In this document: piece by piece, positions 26,801-39,121 of the stretch
Layout: the number at the start of each line of letters is the position of its first letter
Numbering within the stretch: position 1 is the stretch's first letter
Assembly (NCBI GenBank): GCA_012295275.1
Contig: CM022676.1
Location: forward strand, 5,270,001 to 5,334,000
DNA: 64,000 nucleotides
Source of the DNA: Chrysomallon squamiferum
Lineage: Eukaryota > Animalia > Mollusca
Direction: 5' to 3'
Notes under the pieces: generated by a model
What the model was told of the DNA's origin: nothing
Databases searched by the model: none
The model's input: only the letters and a program-made list of their open reading frames with translations
Made by a program: the position numbers and the translations under genes

Positions 26801-28948
26801 ATTCTCCTGTCTAGATTTCAGTTCAGTAATATTTTACTCAAGATTTTATCATGGCCACTTTACCCTTAAAAAAAATAATTAAAAAAATTAAATAAAAAGG
26901 AAATAATAACTGATGTCTAATATTACTGATAAATATTAAACTTCACAGATTTGTTGTTAACCACATATTAATTTCTTACTTACAGACAGATCTTCTGCTC
27001 AGATTTTCAATTCAGTGATGTTTTGCTGTGTGATTTTGTCATTGCTACTTTATTTTTTATTTCACTTCAGGGTGTCTCGTGGACAACTGTTCGATACATG
27101 ATTGGTGAAGTCCAGTATGGAGGTCGTGTCACTGACGATTTTGATAAAAGACTTTTGAATACATTCGGAAGAGTACGATTGTTTATTAATCTCTGAAATA
27201 ACACCAGTGCTTATGCCAAAAAATAAAATAAAAAACCCATAAAGAAAGCAGCAACAACAACAAAAAAAGTGAAAAAAAAGACATAGTTTCATTAATAATA
27301 TTTTAATGACATATTAATATAAAAAATATAAAAAATTTATAAAACAAAAAAAAATGCAAATTTTCTACACCATTTTCAACACTACCATTAACTGATGGGC
27401 ATTTAATATTATTATTTCTGTTAAAAATGTTAAAGTTGTTTTTTCATTAGAGTTAAAAAAAGGAATAAATATCTTTTATGCAGGTTACTCTAATGCATAT
27501 GCTGGTAACAGCATCACCCTCAGAACGCCTTTTGAGCATTGCATTTATTTTTGACTGTTTGAACAAAATAATGTTCCCTCCACTTGTTGTCTCAAGTTTA
27601 GCTAACAACAAAACAGTTGTCTGATGATTTAGAAAACAAAACATTTACAATCAAACATGCTTTGTCTTGTAGACAGTCTTGAAGATGAATTTGTCTCATT
27701 TCAGGTCTGGTTCGGAGACTTCATGTTCCACAGCAGCTTCCAGTTTTACAAAGGTTACAAAATTCCATCTTGTGCTACTATAGAGGACTACTTTAGTTAC
27801 ATTGAAGAACTGCCTCATTATGATTCACCTGAAGCCTTTGGTCTCCATAGCAATGCTGACATCACGTAAATAACTATTGCTTATAATTTCATTGTCATAG
27901 TGTTTTTGGAGAACAAGAATAATAACACCCCAAAAACATTTAAAAATTGCTATTTTGAGGTTGTAGATCCAGTCAATTTGCTGCCCAGTTTTGTCCACAG
28001 TACTTGCAAATGTGGTACCATAACCTGCAAATAAAAGTCATGACTTAAAAAGAGATCTGATTTAATAGATCACCAGAAAATCTTTAACTTTGATCATCTC
28101 GGAAAACTGAAAAATTTATATTACAGTTCACAATTCTGTTACTGCTGTTATTATTATTATATTTATTATTGTTGTTGTAATATTTATGATTATTACTATT
28201 ATTATTATACTCATCATTATTCTTGTCATCATCATCGTCATCATTATTATTATTTTAATAACAGATATCAAACCAATGTGGGTAATTCAACTCTGGACAC
28301 AATTTTGAACATTCAGCCGAAGGACTCGAGCAGTGGAGGAGGAGAGACGAGAGAAAGCATTGTGTTTAAATTAGCAGACGACATGCTGGAGAAACTTCCA
28401 GCAGATTATTCACCTCATAAGGTAAAGAAGATTGTTCGAGAAAACTTTAATAATCTTTAAAGTGTAATTGTTCAATGATCAGTGACATTTAATTTGAAAT
28501 TTTTAGACGAATGTTTCTGTGTTGTTTGTCTTTTCTCTTTGTCTCACTGAAATGGATTTGTGAACAAACTAGTTTAGTACATTTTATATAATTCCATTAT
28601 GAATGTTTTTCTGCAATGGAACCCAGCCTTTGTTTATAATAAAGTATGACAGAATAATATAATGTAGATATTATAGTTTCTTTTTTTGTTCTTGTTATCT
28701 CATTTTGTACATAGGAATGTAATGATTCATAGCTGCTAATTGTTGTAAGTGGACACTGATCTTTGCTAATAATAAAGTATGACAGAATAAGAAGAAGACA
28801 AATTTTCCCATTTTTGTTGTATCATTTGTTTAAACAGAAATGTTACAATATATAAATTGTTTTGTTTTGTAAATATAAAACTTAATATGTAAATATGTGG
28901 AATCATTAATTATTCATCAATAGGTAAATAAATAAATTCATTACATTA

Positions 28949-29008
<60 letters not shown>

Positions 29009-31200
29009 GACTAATTTAATGTAGTTTAACAAATATTGTTCCTAGGTTTTGGAGCAGTTGAGGAAAATGGGAATACTCCAGCCACTGAACATCTTCCTGA
29101 GACAGGAGATTGATCGCATGCAGAAAGTGATAACAGTTGTGAGAAACACACTGACTGACCTGAAACTGGCCATCGAGGGAACCATAATCATGAGTGAGGT
29201 ACACCATCTTCCCATTATTTATTTTCAGAATATTTAGTTAATGCTATAAGAATTTGATAAACTTGTTTTTTCAAAAAACAAATGCGTTCATTTATAATCC
29301 AGTTTTGCCACATAGTTGATCCTTGAGGGTTGCAGTATGGCCACATTTGATTTTTATTTGGTTATTTTTTTATTGTTTAAAACCTTCATAAATTGCTTAA
29401 ATTGCTGCTTCTAACCTTCATCTTTAGTGCTGTCTATTCTGTTCAATAATAATTTTTGCAAAAAAAAAAAAAAAAAAAAAGATTTAAAATGTACAAGGTG
29501 AAAGATAGAAAGAACAAGAAATCCACTTACCTTTATATCTTTATCATCCTCTTAGACATTTTCATTGCCCTCAGAGGGGAACCTAGATGATTTTTGATAC
29601 TAATCATGTAGTTTTCTACATTTAATCTTTATGATGTCCTGGACTTGTTTATATGATATTGATATTTATAAAAAAAACAAAAAATATATTATTTAGAATC
29701 TTCGTGATGCCCTGGACAACATGTTTGATGCTAAAGTTCCTAAAGTGTGGCGCCAGGTGTCCTGGCAGTCTTCAACATTGGGATTCTGGTTTACCGAGTT
29801 ACTGGAACGAAATGAGCAGTTCAGTAACTGGATTTTCAATGGTCGCCCAGACGTTTTCTGGATGACTGGGTTCTTCAACCCACAAGGTATAATCATCTTG
29901 TTTAATTCTGTTATGTCTTAATGTAATTCATAATAATTAACATCAGACAGTACTAATAGAAGTAAACAAATTCATGTAAGGTTGTAATAAAAATTGTCTG
30001 CATTTTTTTGAAGTAAATATCTAGTTAAACCTAAGGAATGTTATGAATGTGGCATTTCAAAGCTCAGTGACAGATGGAAAGAGGACATAGAGAAGAATGG
30101 TGTCAAATATCATGTTTTTAATTTTTTAAAATTATTTAGCCTTAAAAAAAAAAAAAAGATAGACCTTTTATTACAAGTTGATAATACAATATCAAAGACT
30201 CTCCATTTCCTAATCCTCTTTAGGTGGAATATCTCTTATCTGAAAGTCTAAAATAAGAGTGATTAAGATAGTACCTTACTTTTCTTTTTTTGTTACATAT
30301 GCATGGCAACATCTTTCAGAATTTCTGAAATTGGAGATACATGCCCCCTAGCATTTCATATTATGGGTGCTGTCTGTGTGTGATTATTTATGTATATATG
30401 AATAATCTGTAGATTTTTAATAATGTTTTATAAATTGTTTGTAGGGTTTTTGACTGCTATGAGACAGGAGGTGACCAGAGCACACAAAGGCTGGGCTCTG
30501 GATGGAGTCACCTTACACAATGACATGCTGAAAGTGTTCAAAGAGGATGTACTCACACCTCCTATTGTAAGTTCATATAAAACAATTTTCTGTCTTTAAC
30601 CTACTTATGTAGTATAACAGTAGTGACTTGACAATGAATTTATACTATTTGTTATTATCAAACAGGGTTTTCCATAAATCTAAACACATTTTTAAGGATT
30701 TTGAATCTTCTATTTCAAAAAAATAATTGTATAAAGAAAATAATAATAATAATAAAAAATTCATTAATCAAGTTTAAATTATTATAAACATAACAATTTT
30801 AGATTACATTTTACAGGATGTTTATCAAAGTGCAGATTTTCACATTGTTGTAACAGACACGACTGCTTTGTGTTGTCAATCTAAACTGAAAGATTTTGTG
30901 TTTAACAAACAGGAAGGTGTGTATGTCTATGGTCTCTATCTGGAAGGGGCTGGGTGGGACAGGCGAAACAGCAGAATATGCGAGTCTTCGCCCAAAGTGT
31001 TGTTTGCCCAACTGCCAGTGGTCTACATGTATGCCATCAATTCCGTCGCCCCGAAGGATCCCCGCCTTTACCAGTGTCCTGTCTACAAGAAACCCAACCG
31101 GACAGATCTCACCTACATCACCTTCCTCGTCTTCAAGAGCACCCAGAACCCAGACCACTGGATTCTGCGAGGAGTAGCTGCTCTTTGTGATATAAAGTAA
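589..31200 (+). CDS. DNAH5: Axonemal outer-arm dynein heavy chain, DNAH5/DNAH8 (gamma) class; 5'-partial (AAA2 to C-terminus), 45 exons, about 2372 aa in window
   Basis: Exons traced with consistent phase: 589-835, 1521-1762, 2393-2533, 3182-3410, 3773-3915, 4152-4286, 4664-4786, 5517-5730, 6638-6744, 7091-7254, 7860-8052, 8387-8509, 8673-8803, 9372-9525, 10490-10654, 11093-11319, 11991-12213, 12688-12864, 13346-13513, 14185-14400, 14722-14859, 15078-15205, 15529-15697, 16320-16475, 16838-16993, 17889-17978, 18568-18660, 19117-19221, 20180-20318, 20985-21099, 21846-22036, 22503-22624, 23161-23279, 23943-24145, 24479-24552, 25431-25583, 25891-26046, 26422-26538, 27071-27172, 27705-27865, 28265-28421, 29046-29198, 29697-29886, 30445-30566, 30913-31200 (TAA). 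The lengths sum to 7119 nt, in frame. Motifs: AAA2 P-loop [42 protein letters not shown]3 P-loop GEQGTAKT (typical of DNAH5/8), AAA4 GVGGSGKQS, stalk coiled coil, ISMGQGQ, C-terminus [18 protein letters not shown]5 versus DNAH8 cannot be resolved in an invertebrate (likely co-orthologue). Confidence 0.96.
971..1220. repeat. Intronic tandem duplication, period about 134 bp
   Basis: actaaatgaataataaatctttttctgct...catttccatgttgtt starts at both 971 and 1105. Confidence 0.85.
2025..2350. repeat. Degenerate AT-rich minisatellite (core cattaaa[c/t]ttt, period about 25-30 bp)
   Basis: The core recurs about ten times with variable fillers. Confidence 0.55.
2787..3180. repeat. Degenerate (TTCA)n/(TCCA)n tetranucleotide tract running up to a splice acceptor
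   Basis: cattcattcatt and catccatccatc runs end at the acceptor cAG at 3181. Confidence 0.85.
4318..4440 (+). mobile_element. Possible degenerate tRNA-derived SINE
   Basis: A-box-like TGGCAGTGTGG (4327-4337) and B-box GTTCAAAAC (4372-4380) at tRNA-like spacing, followed by an A-rich end and a (CA)n(TA)n tail. Confidence 0.35.
5644..6364 (+). repeat. 150-bp tandem repeat (about 4.8 copies) made of the last 87 nt of a dynein exon plus 63 nt of intron
   Basis: Units start at 5644, 5794, 5944, 6094 and 6244 and are near-identical. ORF 5541-6407 shows the 50-aa periodicity. Confidence 0.97.
6745..6975 (+). repeat. 54-55-bp tandem repeat (4 copies plus a partial) starting exactly at a splice donor
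   Basis: Units 6745-6799, 6800-6854, 6855-6908 and 6909-6962 each end in ...tatt[g/c]tttaaa. Confidence 0.8.
7241..7500 (+). repeat. Degenerate 60-bp tandem repeat spanning an exon end and donor
   Basis: gtcattgctg (7241), gtcattgctg (7301), gtaattgctg (7361) and attactgcag (7421), each followed by ttctaa...aa[c/a]ttt[c/t]taa-like sequence. Confidence 0.7.
13918..14180. repeat. 139-bp tandem duplication ending at a splice acceptor
   Basis: cttatcatgacaagtagttttaaatatgc...tcccagttgctaataaca starts at both 13918 and 14057. Confidence 0.9.
21290..21590. repeat. (TAGA)n/(TGAC)n/(TTGA)n compound microsatellite
   Basis: gatagataga, actgactgac and attgattgat runs. Confidence 0.85.
23340..23895. 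repeat. Purine-rich (AG)n low-complexity tract
   Basis: Long agagag/agaaag runs; source of the spurious Ser-Leu ORFs. Confidence 0.9.
28745..28820 (+). mobile_element. Best-preserved copy of a dispersed repeat with core CTTTGYTAATAATAAAG
   Basis: gtggacactgatCTTTGCTAATAATAAAGtatgacagaataagaagaagacaaattttcccatttttgtt. Related cores occur at 4013, 17429, 20486, 28628, 32272, 44134 and 55315, and inverted at 4555 and 11763. Confidence 0.55.
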
Positions 31201-33837
31201 ACCTGTCAGTTTATTTTCAATTCGTTACCCACAGTAAGAAAAACTATTGGACTTTTTAAAATGTTACTTTTGTTGGTTGATATGTATTGTTACGGTTACA
31301 AGCAAATCTGTGTTATTTAAATATGTGTTTTTAATTATATTTACATACTTGATGTACACTTGTATTCTTTATTTAAAATTTTAATGTGAAAAAAGACAAG
31401 GGTTGGATGAAAATGCCAAAGTGCAGATAATAATATGCCACAAAGATACGAAAAAGAAAAAAAAAGTTTAAAAGAAAATATTAATACATGATGAACTAAA
31501 ACATTATTTTTCATTGCTGCATAAATTTTAATAATTATTATTTATTTTACCTTACAATTTAAGTAACTGTAACATTGAGAATGATTTAAAAGTGTCTTTT
31601 TACATAAGTAATAAATATATGCAAGCCATATATATCATATATATTCAAAGAACAAGACGTATTTTTAATTTTATTAGTTTCATTAAAGGCGACACTTACA
31701 TATTTATGTGTGCTCATTTTCTTAATAAATACCTGTCTAGCATGAAGCCTAAATATTCTAAACGTCCTGTATATGTCCATGTTGGTTGTTTTGGTGTTTT
31801 TTCACTGTTATTTATATATACACATGCAATGGATTTTGCCAGCATAAAATATTTTACATTTGTTAACATAAAAGTTATATTGAATGCAATAACATGTTGT
31901 TGTTTTTGTATTTGTTTGTTTGTTTATAAAGCCTACCAAGCACAATAAAAAACCCCAAATATTTTGGATGTTTTTATTTATTTGCATTGCTGAAATGCAT
32001 TACAAATGGATGTAGAGTGAATGAAATTATTCTCCATTTCCTAATCCTGTTTAACTAAATATATAGAGAAGACATTATGAATAAACCAACTGCTTTTGTT
32101 ATTATAAATGATCTGCATGTTGTAGTTATATTAAAGATTAGATTTGAAATAAATAATAAACAAAACAATTGAAAATCGAAAAAACAAAACTTTTCATTTG
32201 GTAGATATCTAAACGTAGTGTAAATATGCATTTTGTATATACTCCCCATCATTTTGTTACTTGACACCATTCTTTACTAATGATAAAGTATGAGAAAAGC
32301 AAATCATTATTTGAAGTTTGCCCATAACATTTAGCTTTTCAATTAGTTAATAATCTCATGTATGGAAAAACAACCCTCCCGTTAATAATGCTGGCCTAAA
32401 ACAGTGCAAAGTATACCAGACTAGCAATTATGGAACAAAATCAGAATTTATTTCATGCTGAAAATTTCTGTCTCAGTTATTGTTCATGTGTGTGTGTGTC
32501 TCAAATTAATACTTAGGTAATTTCTTGTCCCATATGTTTATTTCACAGTTAATAGAATTGTTTAAATAAAAAATAAATAAATAAAAGTTTATTATCTGCA
32601 ATTCAAAATGAAACCAATTCTGTCTGATGAAACATAGTAACATTGGCTTAGTTGTTTGGAATACAAGTGGATAATTTGCACTTCCTACATTCAGAAAGCA
32701 AAGGATACAAGATCACATTAAGAACAAATTACATTAATTCCATCAGTTTGCATGGAACTGCTCAGGAATTCAAAAAAAAACTTTAAATAAATAAATAAAG
32801 AGATGTTTAAAAAAATGTATAAACAAAAAATAAGACAACAAAATACAAGAATTCTTATATCCATTTATTTATTGCTTTGTAATTTTATCTAGTTATAACA
32901 TTTCAATATTTCAAATTTTTATTTTCTTTTTTCTTTTTAGTGCTTAACATTCTTTAGCACTGAAAATAAAACACAAAAAAATATATTCTAAACTATCCCT
33001 AATGGAAGGAGATATGTAAAAAAATAATAATAATAATAATAATAAAAAAATTATTCAGTTTTAATTACAGCTTCAAAAGCTCTATAATTGTATGTATGTA
33101 ACATGGAAGCCAGAAAAGAAATGAAATTTGTGACTTATACTTATGTTTGTAGTTTTCTAATGTTAATGTTATTTATACATTATTTACAACTGTTGTAAAA
33201 TAACAGAAAACATAACTGACAAGATTTATGAAAATAAAATATGGAAGGTGGGTAAAAAGAAATAATAACAGGATAAAGCATTTTATTTGATATGGTTTTG
33301 TTAGGTTTAAAGAAATAAACTAAAGTGCAAAATAAAATTTAATAAATATATAAATAAATAAATAAATAAATAAATAAATAGATAAATAAAACCTAAATAA
33401 TTATATAAAATAATAACAAAATACAATTAATATTAAACAATAACTGAAATGGATCCTAATTTAAATGGGATTTTTTTTCATCTTCTTGTTGGCGTCTATA
33501 ATAATAATAATAATAATAATTAACAGAAACAAGAAAAAAGAAAATCCACATTCCACACTGTCAGTAATATATAATAATTTCTGTATATTTTATTTGTAGA
33601 ACTAAACAAATCTAATACAAAATAACATATGCATAAATGCTTCTAATATTGCATTACAATACCACTGTAATGATAAAGTATTTGAAAAATGACATATAAA
33701 ATTATTTTGGTTTGATATTATTATATATATCTGGTGGGCAATACATTTGCAAAAGCATTAAAAGTATATAAAAAAATAAATCTTAAACTTCCGTAAGATA
33801 ATATATCATTTAAAATATAAGTAACGGTAAACAAGAA

Positions 33838-34300
33838 TACTAAAGCAATGTTCTCACTATATGATATGCTGTACCAACTATTTGAAATGTAAAATATCTT
33901 AAAGCTGTATTCTCACTATGCGACTTGATGCACCAAATGGTTAATATTAGAAATGAAACATCTTAAAGCCATATTCACACTACTCAATCTACTGTACCAA
34001 CTAATAAACATTTTAAAGTTGCATTTTTAACCACATGACTTGGAACATCATTTAATGATCAACATCTATATTGAAATATACTTAAAGCTATGATCTCACT
34101 ATGTAATTTATCATATCAACTTATTATAACCCATTACCCACTATTGGCAGAACATAAACAAGAAAGCAAGTCTTAAAGCTGTTTTCTCAGTTTCAACAAT
34201 TTTAACCGACTAGTTATATACCATCATACTATGACTCACATGGACCAGAAAATGCCTTAAAGCTGTATTCACACAAGATAATTTGTATGACACTAACTAG
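33838..34300. repeat. Degenerate array of a roughly 22-bp core (cttaaagctgtattctcactat) with variable spacing
   Basis: Cores at about 33840, 33898, 33962, 34012, 34081, 34172 and 34256. Confidence 0.75.
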
Positions 34301-34534
34301 CACATAAATGAAATATACTGAGAAAATGCTTAAACTAGGTTTCATTGCCAGATATTAAAATTAAAATATATCTTGCTTCAAATATTAAGTTCTTGTCCAA
34401 AACATTTACACTGAAATACAAGACTAGATATGTCTCTCTTTCAGTAATCACTAGCATGTCAGAAAAATATCTTAAAGTGTTCAGAATGAATGAATGATCT
34501 AATAAAAATTTCTTTTATTTCCAAGTACACGACA

Positions 34535-35520
34535 ATAACTGTTAACAATAGATTTTTGTACTGTCGACTGAACTAATGAAAACACCAAATGAATCTGTAT
34601 TTTGTTAATGTATTCAGACTTCTAAAACTGTTAACCATGGCAAAGAAAATAAAGGAATTGTACTGAATGCTATTCCGGGTTCATTTGTACTGTCCTGAAG
34701 AAGATGAACTAATGAAAACATCATACAATACATTCAGTCTACCAAATGAAATAATACTAAAGAACTGTCGACTGAACTTATGAAAACATCATACAATACA
34801 CCAGAAATTATGTTACAAACTCAATCTACTGTGACTACTGCAAGTGTGTACAATGGAAATAGATACTGAACTGATGGAAATATTAAAACAATACACCAGA
34901 AATGTTGTTATACAATTAAATCTACTGTGACTTCTAAAACTGTCAACTACTTTGTAGACTAGATGATATCCAGAAATCAAACTGGGTGGATGATAATATC
35001 AAATGATACAAAAGAAATGTTGGTATCACTCCATCTATTGTGACAACTAAGTAAATGATAAACAAAAATCATACTGTACACAAGAGATTTTTACATAACA
35101 TAAATTCACATCTATTGTGACAGCTATAAGTGTGAACAATAACAGAGAGAGATGATAAACAGACATTAAACTGGTGTGATGAAAACATTAAATAATACAC
35201 AGATTTTGATGCCATTCCTCAATCCTTTGTAAATGTCAACTATTTGTTATTAACTCAGTTTATTACAGTTTCTAGAACAAAACTTTGAGGATAGAAGAAG
35301 ATTATTCACAGACATTGTACTGTATAAAATATACCCAAGAATTCTGTTATAACTAGATATATTATGACTTACAAAACAAAAACATTGAACTATGGCAGAA
35401 GTAAATGATACACAGGCATTGTACTGGACTGTTGAACATTTGATACGATACACAAAAAGATTCTGTTATAACAAAACATTGAACTATGGCAGAAGTAAGT
35501 GATACCCAGTACCAGTACTA
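34535..35520. repeat. Old degenerate satellite, units about 90-120 bp
   Basis: Recurring blocks gaact[a/t]atgaaaacatcatacaatacaccagaaat, tcta[c/t]tgtgac and aaaacattgaactatggcagaagtaa. Confidence 0.7.
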
Positions 35521-35790
35521 GAGTTTTGAAAATGTGATGTCATAAAACAGTATTTTGTGACCTACGAAGTGGAGAAAGGAAAACAATTAAGGTCTAAGTG
35601 CATGATATGACTTATACATGTCATTTACTAACAAAGTTTATGCTTCAAAATGCCCAAATTTTTTTAATTGTTTCAAATTTTAAAAGTTGTTACAACAAAT
35701 CAGATAGTGAGAACAATGCTTTACTAAACATTTCGTAATTAATTATACAAAGTAATTAGGTAGAAAATAGCCAAGTAATGCCACAGTATA

Positions 35791-35821
<31 letters not shown>

Positions 35822-36087
35822 TTAATTAACTAATTTTATCACAACCTAAATTTAATTTAGCTTCAATATACATTTAAATGTACAATTCAATATGGAAATT
35901 AATTCACCAAAAATAAATTCATCTGGTTACAATGGTTTTCATATTACAAACAAATTTAAACTAAAATAACCTAATAAATTAAATTAATTTGTTCTAAGGA
36001 ATTATAACTTAATACATGTATAAAAACATAAATATTGCTGGATAAACTTAATGAAATAAAACCATACATAGAGTAAATGAACATTAA

Positions 36088-36165
<78 letters not shown>

Positions 36166-36587
36166 CATGATTATTAAAAAAATTAACATTTTTTTTTCAC
36201 ACAATTATATTTAATATCTATATTCACTGGTTTATGGTTTAATTACACTAATTTATTTTTTGAATATATTTTAAAATACAATGAAAGAAATTACACTGAA
36301 TTAAATTTTGTGTTACATCATCTTAAATGCAGATTACTCAAAAATAATCATAAATCAAAGGAGTTATTATACAGAATGTGCGTGTTTGCTTAGGATAGAG
36401 TTATTGCAGTAATAAAACAACCATTTCTCACATTGTATACCATTATTATTTTCACAAATAATTATTTAATTTGTCTAAAATTATCATTTAATAATAGTGA
36501 TTTTTATTAATTAAATTGTACAAAATACAGTTTGTTCTTGAATCAGTCTTAAATATATAAAGATATGTGTGTGTGTGGTACGTATGC

Positions 36588-36638
<51 letters not shown>

Positions 36639-37652
36639 GCGCTAACTAATATTAAGATAATGCTGTTTACATCAGACTAGAGGATAACTTCAAACAAAAA
36701 CATTAAAATTACTGACAAACATTTCGTATGCTTTCAACCGACTGTTTTGGTTTCTGATCAATTTCATCCATGGTGGTTAGAACAATTAGCCAAAATAATT
36801 TTAAAATAATGTTTAAAAATGTTACTTTTGCAACTTTTTTTTATCAAGACCAGTGTTTGAAAACAAAGAACAAATAACATACAAGTTAATGGTAAAATAG
36901 AGATTATAATTTTTCAGTACTTTTTGCATTGTATACATACTTTATTATTAGGAAAGAATGGCAGAAGGGTTAAAATAAACGATAAACAGGTAGGACAGTT
37001 CTGACAGTGCGTTAATTACAAACAATAAAGATAAATGAACAAACATAATTAAATGTTTATGATGAAAAGTGCATCCTGATGTGTTATTGTAACATTATAA
37101 TAATACTTTATTTTTTTAATAAAGTTTGGTTTTCATTTTGTAATGCATGCACCAGTATATTCAGTCTATTTGTTTGAATTAAGTACTCTGTGTGTGTGTG
37201 TGCGTGTGCGTGTGTGTGTGTGCATGCGCAGATTGGCCTCAATAAACATCATATCCATCTGAAAATATTTAAAAACATAAAAATATTTATTTGCAGCAGT
37301 GGAGAGATAATTGTAATGATATGATAAAACATATTAAACTGATATTTGTTTTCTTCAAATAATTGAAAGGAAGCTCTGTCAGTTTCTGCACACTGGAATC
37401 TCTTGGGACAATTGTGTCTAAATATTAATTAAGACATTTAAAAAAAACTACTAGACTGTGACTGCTAATTATTGATTATTAATATTGGTTTTGATATTTT
37501 CCAAAGTGCTTGCATTTTGCATATTATTAAATTTAACATAATACATTTGTATTGTTTATTGTTTAAGTCCTCCAAAATAAATAAGAAAAATGTTTCTTAA
37601 TATCTTTTTTAATTTTTTTTTTTTTTTAATATCATACTTTTCAGGATTAAAT

Positions 37653-37690
<38 letters not shown>

Positions 37691-39121
37691 GAAAAGAAAA
37701 GAATTGTTGCAAATTTTACATCCTTTAGCTTAATTTTATCTTCTCTTCTCATCATAAATTGTACATCCTTAAATTTTGTATTTAATTATTAAAGAAAAAA
37801 AATATTTCATTTCTCACATAGTCTCCCATCAATATAAAATAAAGAGGAAACTAATTTAAAAAAATAAATGTTTTAAAATAAAAGTTATTTCTAGATATAC
37901 ATAATTAATTCTTATAAATAAATAAAAAATATATAGTCATACTGAAATCGTTTAAGTAGAAATTAACTAATATAATAAATATTTTAATATAACTGTGTAG
38001 TCAAGGAATTAGTAATTTTTATTAATAATTGTTAGCATTAATGGTTTTGTATTATGATAATGAAAGGAAGAAGGGAAAATTAATTTGAATAAATAAATAA
38101 ATAAATAAATGTAAAGTGACCTTTTCATAATAATTTTAATCTTTTTAAAGTATATTTTATTAAACTGAAGGCAGCTTGTTAATCTAAAACAATTTTGTAT
38201 GACATATAAAATAAAATTGCATATATCAAACAAAAAAGTTAAGGATCATGAAATATTTCTGTGTTAGCTGACAATAATAACACAACAGAAACAAACAAAC
38301 AAATAAATAAATAAATAAATAAATAAAATAAATAAATAAAATAAATAAATATAAATACAAATAAGTAAAAATACAAATAAATATATAGAAATACAAATAA
38401 ATATAAAAAAATACAAATAAATAAATAAATAAGAAAATAAATAAATAAATAATAATATCAGTAATTTTGGACCAAAATTCATTGCTACTTATAAACAAAA
38501 TTCACATATGTTGAACAATATCTGCATATATATACATCTTGTCCCATTTAAACAATGTGACCAAATGATACTTAAATATTATTTTTTTGTATAGCTTTTT
38601 CTTTTCAATATATTGTACATAGTAAATTATGGTTAAAGCATCTAAATGCTAGTTTCATGAAAAAAAAAAAAAAAATCAAAAAAAATCTACAAACTGTAAA
38701 CCATACTAACATTCATTTAAAATGAAATACCGAGGTTATTGCAATAAAACATTTTGATTAACTGCCAACACTTGACAATTCATACAATATACATTAACAA
38801 CCACCTGATTTTTCATGAATATGTCATGAATATTCACACTAATATTCACGAACTTGTTAACAATAATAGGACTTTTCATGAATTCCCAAGTTACAGAACT
38901 TTGCAAGAACTGTTATCAACAACATAAATTTTCACGGATTTCCATCACTTAATGACTTACAAATGAACTAGAAAATGAATAATTGGATTTTTTTTTTTTT
39001 TATGAATTTGTTTTTGATCACATCACTTCATGACATTTCATGAATTTCCAACAGACACTGAATTTCATGAAAACTCCACTACATGCAGAACTTCCACACT
39101 TTTCATCCAACAGGGTGAACT

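Noticed and set aside
30913-31200. Higher GC/CpG content of the last dynein exon as a sign of foreign origin
   Set aside because: It encodes the normal conserved dynein C-terminus in correct phase. Exon 1521-1762 is similarly GC-richer, so this is ordinary variation.
30200-32048. Shared 18-mer tctccatttcctaatcct at about 30200 and 32031
   Set aside because: The flanks do not extend the match; too short to call an element or a target-site duplication.
33838-34300. CRISPR-like appearance (repeat plus variable spacer)
   Set aside because: The repeats are degenerate, spacing is irregular (50-91 bp), there are no cas genes, and the context is a spliced animal genome.
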